From positions 100,812,001 through 100,876,000 of the forward strand of contig NC_043005.1 in assembly GCF_006345805.1 (NCBI RefSeq): a stretch of 64,000 nt of DNA, given 5' to 3'. Every line of letters begins with the position of its first letter. Within the stretch, counting starts at the first letter, position 1. Shown here in pieces: positions 39,841 through 52,985 of this stretch. Under the pieces are notes generated by a model that did no database searches, was not told the origin of the DNA, and saw only the letters and a list, made by a program, of their open reading frames with translations. The position numbers and the translations under genes were made by a program. The stretch is from Octopus sinensis (Eukaryota).

Positions 39841-40245
39841 CTAGCAGTATAGCCCAGCGTTGCTTGGGTTTATTTTCTTTTCAACCCTTTAGAATTGGAA
39901 TTTTTGAAAAGTAAAAATTTTGCATTATGTAGCTTGTTATTCTCTTTCAGTGAATATTTTTCTGGTTGAAATACACTGAAAAATGGCGACACAGCAGTCA
40001 CAAAATCGTAAGAAATAGGGATTTTCATTGAAAAAAAAGCACCTTTTTGATGTAAATAATTTTTGGTGTTAACATGGTCCGATTTGAATTTTTTCTTCTA
40101 CGGAAGGAAGAGCAAGCCTTCTTCTATCATACTCTCAATTTTGGTCAACTTGTACCGCAGGGTCTCAGAGGAGATAGTATTAGTTGAAGGCTACCAAACC
40201 TACCACACACACACACAGACAACTTCAGCATCATATATATAGAGA
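39841..40245 (-). mobile_element. Non-autonomous Helitron, about 405 bp
   Basis: Minus strand begins A|TCTCTATATATA and ends with hairpin CCCAAGCAACGCTGGG followed by CTAG|T; AT target and no TSD. Confidence 0.8.
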
Positions 40246-40429
40246 TTAGATTTCTTCTTTGGTTGTATAAGATTAGTTGGTCAGGGAGGTTCTGTGTGGA
40301 AGTTCAGCCTTCACAATGTAAAAGCAAAATCCCTACCAAACATCGGTGTATTGGTGTATTGCCTCCCAGAAATATGTCAGGATAAACATATGAAGAAAAC
40401 CTTCTGTGACTATCAAGTAAATCCATTCC

Positions 40430-40887
40430 TTTCCTTTACTGGTTTCAGTTGTTTGACTGTGGCCATGCTGGAACACTGCCTTAAAGGTTTTGTCTTTTTT
40501 TTAGTTGATGAAATCAATCCTAGGATTCATTTTCCATAAACCTGGTACTTATTTTATTGGTGTCATTTGCTGAACTGCTAAGTTTCAGGGATGCAACTAC
40601 ACCAACATTGGTTGTCAAGCAAGCAACTTGTTTCTTTACTGCTCACAAGAGGCTACACACAGAAGGGACAAACAAGGACAGACAAACAGATGAAGTTGAT
40701 TATATCGACCCCAATGCATAACTGGTACTTATTTAATTAACTCTGAAAGGATGAAAGGCAAAGTCGACCTTGGTGGAATTTGAACTCAGAAAGTAGCGGC
40801 AGGCAAAATACCGCTAAGCATTTCACCCGGTATGCTAATGTCTCTGCCAGCTCGCAAGCTTCTTACCACACAGCCATACCTGTGCCT
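40430..40887 (-). mobile_element. SINE A/SINE B composite
   Basis: Family A tail (40430-40620) and head end (40857-40887) surround a family B copy (about 40628-40856). Confidence 0.7.
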
Positions 40888-41682
40888 TACAGGGGAAGTA
40901 GTTAACTGACTACCAACGACAATAATTTAAACAAGAGTGACTATTAATTTGAATAATTCAATTTGGTCAGAGCAAGCTATGTTCAAAGATATTTCTAACA
41001 TGAGCAACTATTTATTTATATCAAACAACATTATCCAGTACCTTCTTTTTGAGGATGGTAAGCATGTAATTTGACGGAGGCTTTGCTAATATTTCAAGCA
41101 AATTAACCAACCAGATACAGGTTCTGTCATTGGCCCGTATAGCTAGAGTCAGTTAGAGTGGTGGAACACATCCACTACTAAGTCACATTCACTATTCAGA
41201 CAACAATCTAATAAAACACTTCACAATTTTACCAAGTTATTGCTGTTTAGAATGGTAATTTCTTAGCCCTGTGGGACCCACTGACATTTTTGTGGACTGA
41301 AGCATCTGATAATTAAGTATCTAGGCCATAGACACAACACAAATCTATGAACTGTCTGCTAAACTATCAATGCATCACTGTCCACACTTTTATCACATAT
41401 TGACAGTGTGAAAAAAGAACTCAATTGTGTGATCACTAACGAAGGGGTTTATTATGACATGCTGCTAAAACATAATCAAAAGTTAGTTTAAAGACTTTCT
41501 ATGGAAAAGTATCGTCACTAAATAAAAGGCAGAATAAAATAAAAAGCTAAAAACCATTCTCCGTGACAATAGCATCTCCAGGCTAGTTTTTGTGTCAGTA
41601 TTAAGCTTGCCATAGATTTACTTCTAACAACCCCATATAGTGAGAGTCGCAATCTGTCTGTCTATCTATCTACCTCACTTGC

Positions 41683-41735
<53 letters not shown>

Positions 41736-42705
41736 CATTTTGCTATACATATTTGGACATTTAGCTCTCAATTAATGCTACAAATTCACCTGGAATATTT
41801 TAGCCATGTTTTAAGACTATTTCTTTTTTTTTAGCCATTCTGAAAGTTAAAAAGTTTTTTTTTTTGTTAACTCTTGTCTGCATTCATATCAAGATGGACA
41901 GTTTATATAACAAGTTAATCACACCTACCCCAGGATACCCACACTGCTGTGCAAAACTAAATATGTACCAAAAAAAAAAACAAACCAGCCATTCATTCTC
42001 CAATAAGTAATATCTCAAATGCTTTTTAAAGTATCTATTCCTAGTGAACCAATAAAATAAGCAATGGCATTCTTGAATAAATCATAGAGTGGCACTAACA
42101 CACACACACACACGCACACACACATGCACACACACACACGCATGCACGCACAGATATGCTTTCAAATTTTCTGGTTGTCTCCATGAACTTTTTGTCCAAA
42201 TATATTCTGCAATTATGTATTTTAATGTGTTCTGAGAACCACAGCAGAAATGAATGGAATGAATCAGTATGTGTGGTGGTGGTGGTGGTGGTGGTGGTGG
42301 TGGTGGTGGTGTATGTGTGTGTGTACGAAGTCAATGTCGAGATGTATTTTTGTGTGTAATGCATGTATGTCTAAATCTAAGCATGTGTGCATACATCATT
42401 ACATAAAAGATGTGCTCACAGTGTCGATGCCAACAACAACAACAACAACAACAGAACCAATAATAAAGAAGTGATAAACACAATTTTAGAAATAAGGAAA
42501 ATATTAACAAAACAAGATTTTTTGCAACAATTCCAACCTACCACAATAAGTATCTTCCATGGTGATGTGAATAGTTTGCTACATTCGTCATCACCGTAAT
42601 GGAATTGACTTATGGATTGCATCATTTGGTTACCATTAAACATATTGCCTGCTACCCTCTGTGCTTTTCATACACACATATGGATGTATGCATCATGTAT
42701 GTATA

Positions 42706-42752
<47 letters not shown>

Positions 42753-43109
42753 GTATATATGTATGTATATATATATACATATGTATATATGTATGTATAT
42801 ATATATATATATACATATATGTGTACATTTATATATATACACATACATACATATATATATATGTATATAGGTGTGTGCATGAGTGTGTCTATGTATATGA
42901 CTATAACTCTTCATGTATTGGCCACAGTTATTGTGTACTAGCAAAGCAATGGGCCTCTGCTTTGTCTGAGAAGATGGAAGCCAATATATATTATTCTATA
43001 TACATATATGTGTGTGTATACATAGATACATACATACACACAACACACACATACTCTATAAACAGAAGTAGACTACACACACTTACACATAGACTATATA
43101 TATATCTCG

Positions 43110-43975
43110 TCATCATCATCATTTAACACCTGCATTCCATGCTGACATAGGTTAGACAGTTTGACTGGAACTGGTAAGCTGGAGAGCTGCACGAGGTTCC
43201 AGTCTGAATTTGGCTTAGTTTATATGGTTGGATGCCTTTCCTAATGCCAACCACTCTGAGAGTGTAGTAGGTGCCATTTATGTGTCACGAGCATGGATGC
43301 TGTAATGTGTCACCTGCCCTGGCCACAACTACAATTTCACTTGGCTTGACGAGTCTTCTCAAGTACAGCAAATCACCAAATGTCACGGTCACATGTCATT
43401 AACTCCATGAGACCCCACATTCGAAGGTCATGATTCATCACTTGCCCCATGTCTTCAATGGTTGTTCTCTTCCACAGGGTCCCTCCACATGTAGAGATTG
43501 GCACTTCTTTATGCAGCTGTTCTCATCCATACACATTACATGACCACACCGGTGTAGACATAACTCTTGCACACCACATCTGATGTCTCTTATGCCCAAT
43601 TTTTCTTTCAAGATGCTTACACACTGTCAAGCTCTCTGGACTTTGCTCTGCCTGTTCTTATTCTAGTAGCTATGCTCTTGGAGTTTCCCTTTCCACTGCT
43701 GATTTGGTCACCTAGACATCGAATGCTATTAACTACTTCTAGGTACCCCTCTTCACATTTGATGGAGTCTATTTTCTGTATATTTCTAGTATTTACTGTA
43801 CCTCTGCATCTGCCTCACACAAAGACTATTTTCTCTGTAACCTTCCTCTGAAATTGCTGCACCTCTTATGTGTCCATAGCTTGCACTGGGTACACCTTAT
43901 GGAGTTTCTATCTACACCTTTTCTACATATCGAGGAGGGCCATCTATCTGAAAGGAAATGTGATTTTACAGATTT
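43110..43975 (-). mobile_element. Degenerate RTE LINE 3' portion including PHD-finger remnant
   Basis: Colinear with 61837-63490; GCTGCACCTCTTATGTGTCCATAGCTT is shared with 63351-63377. Confidence 0.8.
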
Positions 43976-44044
43976 CTTACTAAGACTTTGATTTTCACTA
44001 AATTATCTCAAAGACCCTTTGATTAAAAAGCACCCAGTCCACAC

Positions 44045-44399
44045 TGTAAAGTGGTTGGCATCTGAAAGAGCATCCAGCTGTAAAAACCATACCAAAACTG
44101 ACCTCACCTGTGTGAGTACCATGTAAAAAGCACTCAGCCCACTCTGTGGAGTGGTTAGTGCTAGGACAGGCATCCAGCCATAAAAACCATGCCAAAACAC
44201 ACTCAGAAGCATGGCACAGACTCCCTCCTGGCCAGTTCCTGTCAAACCATCCAATCTGTGCAAGCATGGAAGGAGGACATATGATGATGATGATGATGAT
44301 TTATGAAACTGTGTGCTTGTGTTTGTATTTGTATATATATGTATGTATCTATCATACATATAAAGATACATGCATACATACACACATACATATTTGTGT

Positions 44400-44433
<34 letters not shown>

Positions 44434-44865
44434 TCGTGCCGGTGGCATGTAAAAAGCACCCACTACACTCACGGAGTGGTTGGCGTTAGGAAGGGCATCC
44501 AGCTGTAGAAACACTGCCAGATAAGACTGGTGCCTAGTGCAGTCTCCTGGCTTCCCAGGCCCCAGTCGAACAGTCCAACTCATGCTAGCATGGTAAATGG
44601 ACGTTAAATGATGATGATATCATATTGTTCTCCATTTATAGGGACCACTTTATAGGCTATGAGTCGATCATCAATATGCTGAGGCTACAAAAAATGCACC
44701 CAATACACTCTGTATATACTCTGTAAAGTGGTTGGTGTTAGGAGGAGAATGCAGCCATAAAAACAATTCCAAAGTAGACATTGATCCATCCAAGCTGCAG
44801 TCCTCCAGCTTGCCAGACCCAGTTAAACCTTCTAACCTGTGCCAGCATGGAAACTGGATGTTATA
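44045..44865 (+). mobile_element. Cluster of three short RTE 3' UTR ends
   Basis: GTGGTTGGC(G/A)TTAGGAAGGGCATCCAGC-like terminus at about 44045-44300, 44435-44618 and 44685-44865. Confidence 0.7.
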
Positions 44866-44917
44866 TAACAATGGAGAGTACACCTTTATAGATCTGTCTC
44901 TATGAGGGATCTCTTAA

Positions 44918-45138
44918 TCCTTTCGTTACTAACCTGGCTGAAACCAGCTCTGGCTCTGTAGTACAAATGTCTTATTTTCATAAGTTTTGAATTAAAATCT
45001 TTCACCAAAGCTTAGTCATAATTAATGTTCCTAACACTAGATTAATGATAATTAAGTTATTTTACTAAATTATTTGTTATATTTAAAATAATTAAGACAA
45101 AAACAGAGAATCTCAAAATAAATACAGTAACAAAAGGG
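44918..45138. mobile_element. TTAA-flanked MITE (piggyBac-type termini)
   Basis: TTAA|TCCTTTCGTTACT ... AGTAACAAAAGGG|TTAA. A related decayed copy lies near 977-1110. Confidence 0.7.
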
Positions 45139-45756
45139 TTAAACATGAGATAGAGGAAGAGAGAGAGAGTAAGTTAGAGTGAAGAATAAGAAGTGGGTCC
45201 AAAATTCATGAGAAAGAATGAGATCTAATCAATATGAATGACATTTACTATTATCTAAATTTGTAAACATTTGGTGAATTTCTTTTGCAGAATGCTGCAT
45301 GTGTTATGTTTGTATGTCTAAATGTGCATTTATGTGCCCAGGCATTCCCCTTTGAGTGTGTGTGCGTTTGTGTGTGTGTATGTGTGAGTACGCATGTGTG
45401 TGTGAGCATGTGTGTTAGTGCTTATGGATGTCACCTTTCTTGAATGCTTTGTATGCATGAACATTTGTGGGTTCCTGTATGGAAGGCTCCACAAGCCATT
45501 TTCCTTTTCTTTGCCACCAGAAATGACAACTTTTTTTTTGTGTAATATGTTGGTATATTAACGAACAAAAATTCTTCTGTTTTGAAGCTTTTAGGCATCA
45601 GATTCCCTTCAAATTTTTTCAAGCATTTTTTCAAGCATTTCTGTCTAAAAGTACACAATATGAATTATTTTATTTCAAAAGTGTGTAATTTAGTCTAAAA
45701 ACAAGGGACACACGTACAAACATGCTTTGAAATTTATTATTATACAGAATGATACG

Positions 45757-45975
45757 GCAGCAAGATGGCAGAATCTTTACCATGTTGGGCAAAATGCTTC
45801 ATGGCATTTCATGTGTCTACACGATCTGAGTTCAAATTCAGTCGAGGTCGACTTTGCCTTTCATTCATTTGGGGGTCAATAAATTAAATACCAGTTGAGT
45901 ACTGGGGTCGATGTAATCAGCTTAACCTCTCCTACCAAATTTCAAGCAATGTGTCTATATAATAATATAGAAAGG
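45757..45975 (+). mobile_element. SINE family B
   Basis: Head and core present. Confidence 0.7.
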
Positions 45976-46153
45976 ATTATTATATAGACTCTACATTATG
46001 CAGTTAGATACACCATGATAGTCAGCATTTAATTACATGTTTCCTTATCCATGTGTTGGTTCAAATGAACTAAAACAATAACCTAATTTTACTGATACAC
46101 AATGTTTTGTTTATGTCATTCATTATATATATATGTGAGTGTATATATATATA

Positions 46154-46191
<38 letters not shown>

Positions 46192-46295
46192 AACGGGAAG
46201 GTTTACGAAAATAAACAAAAGACGAAGGCAGGTTTATGAAAATAAACAAAAGACGAAGGATATATATATAGATAGATAGACAGATAGATAGATGT

Positions 46296-46743
46296 AAATA
46301 TAATATGTGACAATTAGTTGATTGCCATAATAAAACTCAGAGTTTCAGATGCAGGGGCTGAAGTCTGCTCCAGCATCTCATCAGTTATCAAGACAAACAC
46401 TATGAAAAAAAAACCATTGAATAAAGGGAAATTACTCCAATAGGCATGAGGAAAGTAATACTTCATTCATAGAATCCGCATATACACACATATACACACG
46501 TATATACATGCACACATACGCATACATACACACATGTATGTATATATATGTTTGCATATGTGGATTCTATGAATGAAGTATTATTTTCCTCATGCCTATT
46601 GGAGTAATTTCCCTTTATTCAATGGGTTTTTTTTCATAGTGTTTGTCTTGATAACTGATAAGATGCTGGAGCAGACTTCAGCCCCAGTATTCGAAACTCT
46701 GAGTTTTATTATGACAACCAACTAATTATCACATATTATATTT
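46296..46743. repeat. Long inverted repeat (about 188-bp arms), each arm with a hammerhead-like motif
   Basis: 46296-46483 is the reverse complement of 46556-46743 apart from a few substitutions. Arms read GATAA-CTGAT(G/A)A-GATGCTGG...GAAACTCTGAGTT-TTATT. Confidence 0.9.
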
Positions 46744-46832
46744 GTAAATAAATTCCTCTATTTTACATAATATCGAGGTCTCATTCATTCTTTAGTTGTC
46801 ATATTAATATTATTATTAATACATATATATAC

Positions 46833-46992
46833 AGGTGCAGGAGTGGCTGTGTGGTAAGAAGGTTGCTTCCCAACCACATGGCTCTGGGTTCAGCCCCACA
46901 GCCTGGCACCTTGGGCAAATGCCTTCTATAGCCTTGGGCCGACCAAAGCCTTGTGAATGGATTTGGTAGACGGAAACTGAAAGAAATCCATC
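46833..46992 (+). mobile_element. SINE family A head
   Basis: GGTGCAGGAGTGGCTGTGTGGTAAG...GGGTTCAGCCCC. Confidence 0.8.
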
Positions 46993-46995
46993 ATA

Positions 46996-47032
<37 letters not shown>

Positions 47033-47119
47033 GTGTGTTAGTGCTTATGGATGTCACCTTTCTTGAATGCATTGTATGTATGTACATTTGTACGTTCCTG
47101 TATAGATAGATAGATAGGT

Positions 47120-48175
47120 AATATAGGAAAAAGAATTTTGGCACTTTAATCTAATTTTGAGATTTTCCAAAAACATGCACCTTATTATGATGAAACCTTG
47201 AGGGAGGCAGGATATAATAAAAGTATTAAATTCTTTAATAATTGTAGATTTAATAATAATGTAAAAAATAATAATATAAATGATTCATATGTTATTTATA
47301 GTTATAAACCTAAAATTAAGAATTATGATAAGTTTTGCTCAGTTAATTATGGTTTTAATAATAGGTATTATGATAATACAAAACATAAATATAATAAAAA
47401 AGTGAAAGAATAAATTTAACGTGGTTAATGATAATAAGAAATATAATAATATAATAAATAAAAATAATGTTAACAATAACAATAAAATTTGGTTAATTAT
47501 TCCTTATGGAGCTCAAGCTAAAACAAACATTATTAAAGAGATATTAAAACTAATTGAATTATTTATTGTAGATAATAAAAGATATAATAATATTTTTTCT
47601 AGTAATAGTTGGTTGTTCTACTACTAATAATGTTGGTAACATTATTTCATCTTTTAATAGTTTTAAGCTGAATAAGTTTTATATTTAAAAATTATATAAT
47701 AATTCCAATAATACTAATGACCAGAATTTTATTAATTGCACATGTAGAGATAAGACGAAATGTAAAATTAAAAATAAATGTAACTTGGCTGATGTAGTAT
47801 ATAAATGTGTAGTGACTCTGATAGATGATAATATTAATAGGAATAGTTAAAATATAAAATCGATTTACGTGGGGCCGATGTCTAATAAAATTAAATTTAC
47901 ACGTACACTCATTTAAGAATAAAACATTGATTAATTCTTCCGGCCTTAGGAAATATATATAGGAATTAAAATCTAAAGGAATTAAGTATAATTTAAAATG
48001 GGAGATACTTTGTAAAGCTAAATCTTATCGAATAGGTAATAATTTTTGTTTACTATGTACAAATGAATTTATGGAGATATTACAATGTAAAAAACAATTG
48101 ATTAATGTCCGAGATGAGAGGAAAATTAAATGTAGACATAGGTCGAATTACTAATATAATAAGTTTAGATAATTT
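47120..48175 (+). mobile_element. Penelope-like element 3' fragment (RT C-terminus plus GIY-YIG endonuclease), degenerate
   Basis: YYDETLREAGY; CTCRDKTKCKIKNKCNLADVVYKC...IYVG; ELKSKGIKYNLKWEIL...FCLLCTNE...CRH. This is the Cys-rich GIY-YIG pattern of PLEs, with stops and frameshifts. Confidence 0.8.
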
Positions 48176-48646
48176 GTGAATATATATAACTTGATTTATG
48201 TTATTAATTTATTAGTTTATGTAGTTGTATTATGTAGTATTATAATGAGTATAAATTAGTTGTAGGTTATGTAGTGTATGAACATAACTAGAATAAGTTT
48301 TAAACTAAGGGATTAATAAAAGTAATTGAAGAATGTATATTAATTTATGGACATTTAATTAATTTCACATTTTTACATGTCGTTTTAAATTATTGAGAAT
48401 TTAGAATTTTACCCCGTAAATGGTATATTTCATCACATTTAGTTAAATACATATATCTATTTATTTATTTATTTATTGTATATTTATTGTTTATATCATG
48501 TTTAACGAGATTTTTTTACAATGCTACATTGTAAGTTTAAAGTTTAAAATTTCTTTTAACTGGTTTTCATCAATATGATAAGTCGTGTTTTTGCTTTACA
48601 ATAATATTGTTAAATTTTAATGGATTATTTACTGTTAATATACATA

Positions 48647-49938
48647 CGAGGGGCGTTCAATAAGTAATGCCCCTGACCCACTTCCCATAGCAGTAGAGCA
48701 ACCAAACTTGGCACAGTTATTAGTCTTTTTCTACATAGGAACCACTCAGAGTTACACATTTCTCCCATCGTTTGATGCAACTCTGGAGACCGTTTTTGTA
48801 GAAGACCCCAGCTTGGTCCTCCGACCACGACGTGACTTCAGAAATCAAGGCTGCATCATCTGGGAAACGCTTTCCTTTCAAAAACAACTTCATGGCTGGG
48901 AAGAGGTGAAAATCAGAGGGTGCAAGGTCAGGAGAGTAGGGGGATGGGGGAGGAGTTCATAGCCGCACACCTGTGCTTCTGATCTGGCGACACGCGAGTT
49001 GTAGACCGGAACGTTGTCCTGCAGGAGGAGGATGCTTTTGCTAATCTTGCCCCGCCTCTTGATTTTGATAGCTTCTCTTAATTTCCTCAAAAGTGAAACA
49101 TAATAGGCTCCTGTAATTGTGGTACCCTTTGCCAGGAAATTTGTCATCACTACTCCGTCCTGGTCCCAGAAGACTGTGAGCATGACCTTGCCAGCGGAGG
49201 GCTGCACCCTTGCCTTCTTTGGAGGAGGTGAGTCACGGTGCTTCCACTGCATTGACTGGGCTTTGGTCTCTGGATCATAGTGATGGACCCAGGTTTCATC
49301 CTGTGTAATCAGTCTTTTGAAAAATTTTGACTCATCTTCTTGGTACATCTCCAAATTCACCCTCGAGCACTCGACGCGTTCTTGCTTCTGGAAAGGTGTG
49401 AGCAACCTGGGAATCCATCTAGCAGACACCTTTTGCATATGCAAATGGTCATGAATGATAGTTTCCACAGACCCTGTACTAAACTTGACCTCATGGGCTA
49501 TTTGGCGAATAGTTATGCGTCGATCTTCCAAAATGGCAGCCTCAACTTGACGGACAGATGCCTCATCAATGGCAGAAGGGGTGCGACCAGATCTGGGAGC
49601 TGTTTCCACAGAGTTCCAACCATCATTGAATTCACGATGCCAGTGTTTTACAAGGTCATATGATGGGGCATCATTACCATAAGTTACTTTCATTTCATCA
49701 AAAGTCTCCCATGGTGTGCGTCCTTTCAAATACAAAAACCGGATCACTGCTCGACACTCAACAGGCTCCATTTCACACTTGACTCAGTTCAAACGCCTGT
49801 AAATCAGAAACCACAATTAGTTCAGAGCTGTAATTTGCCACCTAATCTATAGAGATATGAATAATTGCACATGTAAATTTTCATCTAGATCAAACAACTG
49901 CAAGTGGGTCAGAGGCATTACTTATTGAACACCCCTCG
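48647..49938 (-). mobile_element. Full-length mariner (DD34D) transposon, 1292 bp
   Basis: 37-bp TIRs CGAGGGG(C/T)GTTCAATAAGTAATGCC(C/T)CTGACCCACTT, TA duplication and a transposase ORF. Confidence 0.95.
48720..49771 (-). pseudogene. Mariner transposase with one frameshift near 48940
   Basis: WIPRLL, ITQDETW and QDN motifs; after a frame change in a C run it continues YSPDLAPSDFHLF...RWEKCVTLSGSYVEKD*. Confidence 0.9.
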
Positions 49939-50355
49939 TATATACTTAACTTATCGACCCTGAAAAGATGAAAGGCAAAGACAACCTCGGCAGAAATTGA
50001 ACTCAGAACATTCAGACAGACGTTATACCAGTAAGCATTTCGCCTGGCATGCTAACGTTTCTGCCAGCTCGCCACCTTCCATATATATATATATATATAA
50101 TATATATATATATATATGTATATATATAGAAATATTAAAATTACTAAGTCTCTATAAAAGAGATTACGGCAGCGTTTACTGGAAATTAATTGTTATTGCC
50201 ATATTAATATGGCATTCTTATAGATATAAGAATAATCGCTGCCGCTGGTCAGCTCCATGAGGCCACCACCATCAAGATAGCTATTGATACACGATCTGTA
50301 TCCATTATAACCTTCGAACAAGGGAGGTCAGCCGCTTCACACTGCCAGTCCAACA

Positions 50356-50397
50356 GCTACAGACGCGTTTCGGGGTATTGCCCTTTGTCAATGTAGC
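50356..50397 (-). ncRNA. Decayed minimal hammerhead motif
   Basis: Minus strand reads GCTACA-TTGACAA-AGGGCAATACCCC-GAAA-CGC-GTC-TGTAGC. 6-bp stem I and palindromic ACGCGT, with two core substitutions. Confidence 0.55.
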
Positions 50398-50555
50398 GCA
50401 GTCAGACCCGCAGGTGTCGCCACTGACGTCTCTGTTCGAAGGTTTCTATTTACCTAGTTTCAGTGGAATACATCCACTTGTTTTCAATAATAGAAATATT
50501 AAAATTACTAAGTCTCTATAAGAATGCCATATTAATATGGCGATAACAATTAATT

Positions 50556-50599
<44 letters not shown>

Positions 50600-51334
50600 A
50601 TTGAAATATAAAAGACACTCGCACCCATATGTATATACAGGCATTGATGTAAAAGCACTGGTACATAATTACAGAGATAAAAGAAAAGGGATAAAGGCCC
50701 TTTTCGAGTCATACAGATTCTTAAGGCTAGTTACCTGGTTTCCATCACATGTGTATTCTCCACCTGGACAGGATGCTGGTCCATTGCAGGATTATTCATT
50801 TTTGCCGGCTGAGTGGACTTGAGCAATGTGAAATGAAGTGTTTTGCTCAAGAACACGTGTCACCTTGACCAGGAATCCAAATCACAATCTTACAATCATG
50901 AGTCCAACATCCTAATCACTAAGCCAAACGCCAAGCACATAATTACATACATATTCACATATATATATACAGACTTATACACACACACACACATATACAT
51001 GTGTGTGTGTGTGAGTATGCGTGCATATACACAGAATTCTCCCCACATATCACACGCTCACGTGGTTGCACTAGTTGATCCGGATTCCTCTCATCCCCCA
51101 CGAACTTCTCCACTGGACTTTCTACCTTTCTACCCTTTACGGATTCTCTTTTGGACTTTTTACACTCCGGCTGCACCTCTCCTACCCATGAATTACTCTG
51201 GACTCTACTTTTGATGAAAAATCCTTGCAATACACCAAAACATCTGAAACCTTTGAACTGTTTGAAAACAGTCACCATGATAGATTGGTTGCCACTACAC
51301 ACATTTTTTTCTCTCCTTGCTTCTTTCTGCGTTC

Positions 51335-51370
51335 CTTTCTGTAGAAGAGCGTAAGCTCGAAACATAAAAG
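51335..51370 (+). ncRNA. Hammerhead-like variant motif
   Basis: CTTT-CTGTAGA-A-GAGC-GTAA-GCTC-GAAA-C-ATA-AAAG; non-canonical core. Confidence 0.4.
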
Positions 51371-51458
51371 ACTTTTTCAATTCCCTGAGCGTTATACTAA
51401 TACATCTGTTTGTTTTCTACACCACCTGTCTTCGTCTTTTGTATTTTCATCAATTCTC

Positions 51459-51494
<36 letters not shown>

Positions 51495-51497
<3 letters not shown>

Positions 51498-51880
51498 CCT
51501 GGCCCCCGTGCCGGTGACACGTAAAAGCACCATCCGTTTCGTGGCCACTTGCCAGCTCTGTCTGGCCCCCCTGTTGGTGGCACATAAAAGCACCATCCAT
51601 TCATGTCCGTTGCCAGCCTCGCCTGGCCCCATGCCGGTGACACGTAAAAGCACCATCCATTCGTGGCCGTTTGCCAGCTCTGTCTGGCACCTGTGCGGGT
51701 GGCACGTAAAATGCACCCACTACACTCACGGAGTGGTTGGCGTTAGGAAGGGCATCCAGCCGTAGAAACACTGCCAGATCTGACTGGGCCTGATGAAGCC
51801 TTCCAGCTTCACAGACCCCAGTTGAACCGTCCAACCCATGCTAGCATGGAGAACGGACGCTAAACGATGATGATGATGAT
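51495..51880 (+). mobile_element. RTE LINE 3' UTR, young subfamily
   Basis: Near-identical to the reverse complement of 61837-62200, with four repeat units. Confidence 0.85.
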
Positions 51881-51899
51881 GATATATATATATATACAT

Positions 51900-51930
<31 letters not shown>

Positions 51931-51942
51931 GTGTGGTATGTA

Positions 51943-52019
<77 letters not shown>

Positions 52020-52509
52020 AACCCAATATTAAAAATGTACATGATATGTTTGTAGTTTACATTCACAAATTTATTACTTTAAACATGTATGTGTAAAATT
52101 TTACATATAAGAGAACAAACCAACCAACCAACCAACCAATCAACCAACCAGCCAGCCAGCCAATCAACACCCACCTACACACACAGACAGGCAGATATCT
52201 CTGGAAACAAATAAAAATCAACAAGCTCCATGGTAGAAATTTCTATAGCTTGAACTTAAATTTCCATATTCTTACTCACCTCGGAAATTTTTTTGTGATA
52301 AACAGAAAATCTGCTCTAAGAATCTTGGAAATAGTATTTAGTCTGTTGTTAAATACAAAAAAAAAATCCAGTATTTTGTCTTTTAACCTTTATCATTTTT
52401 GTTGTCGTGGTTGTTGCTGTTGTTGTTGTTGATTACCTCTATTGTACTGGTTGGCTGGCTTGCTATGTATGTGTGTGCATGTGTATGTGTCTATCTGTCT
52501 CTATGTACG

Positions 52510-52596
52510 AATGGATAAATAGACAGAGAGATAAATAGATAGATAGATAGATAGGTAGATAATTAGAAAGATAGATAGATAATTATAAAGACAGAC

Positions 52597-52663
<67 letters not shown>

Positions 52664-52670
52664 TAGAGAG

Positions 52671-52701
<31 letters not shown>

Positions 52702-52872
52702 GGTAGATAGACAGACAGACATATAGATAGATAGACAGAGAGATAGGTAGACAGATAGATAGGTAGATACATTGATAGACAGACAGATAGATAGATAGAT
52801 AGACAGATAGATAGGTAGACAGATAGATAGGTAGACAGATAGATAGGTAGATACATTGATAGACAGACAGAC

Positions 52873-52919
<47 letters not shown>

Positions 52920-52985
52920 AAAAAGATAGAAAGATAGATAGATAGACAGAAAAAAGATAAATAGATAGATTAATAAAAAGATAGA
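52510..52985. repeat. (GATA)n/(GACA)n microsatellite
   Basis: Directly visible. Confidence 0.95.

Noticed and set aside
47198-47627. Asn/Lys-rich ORFs suggesting foreign AT-rich DNA
   Set aside because: They lie between recognisable RT C-terminal and GIY-YIG remnants of a Penelope-like element.
52280-52342. 63-nt minus-strand segment bounded by an AG acceptor and a strong GTGAGT donor
   Set aside because: The only open frame (LNTISKILRADFLFITKKFP) has no AGBL4 similarity; probably a cryptic site pair.
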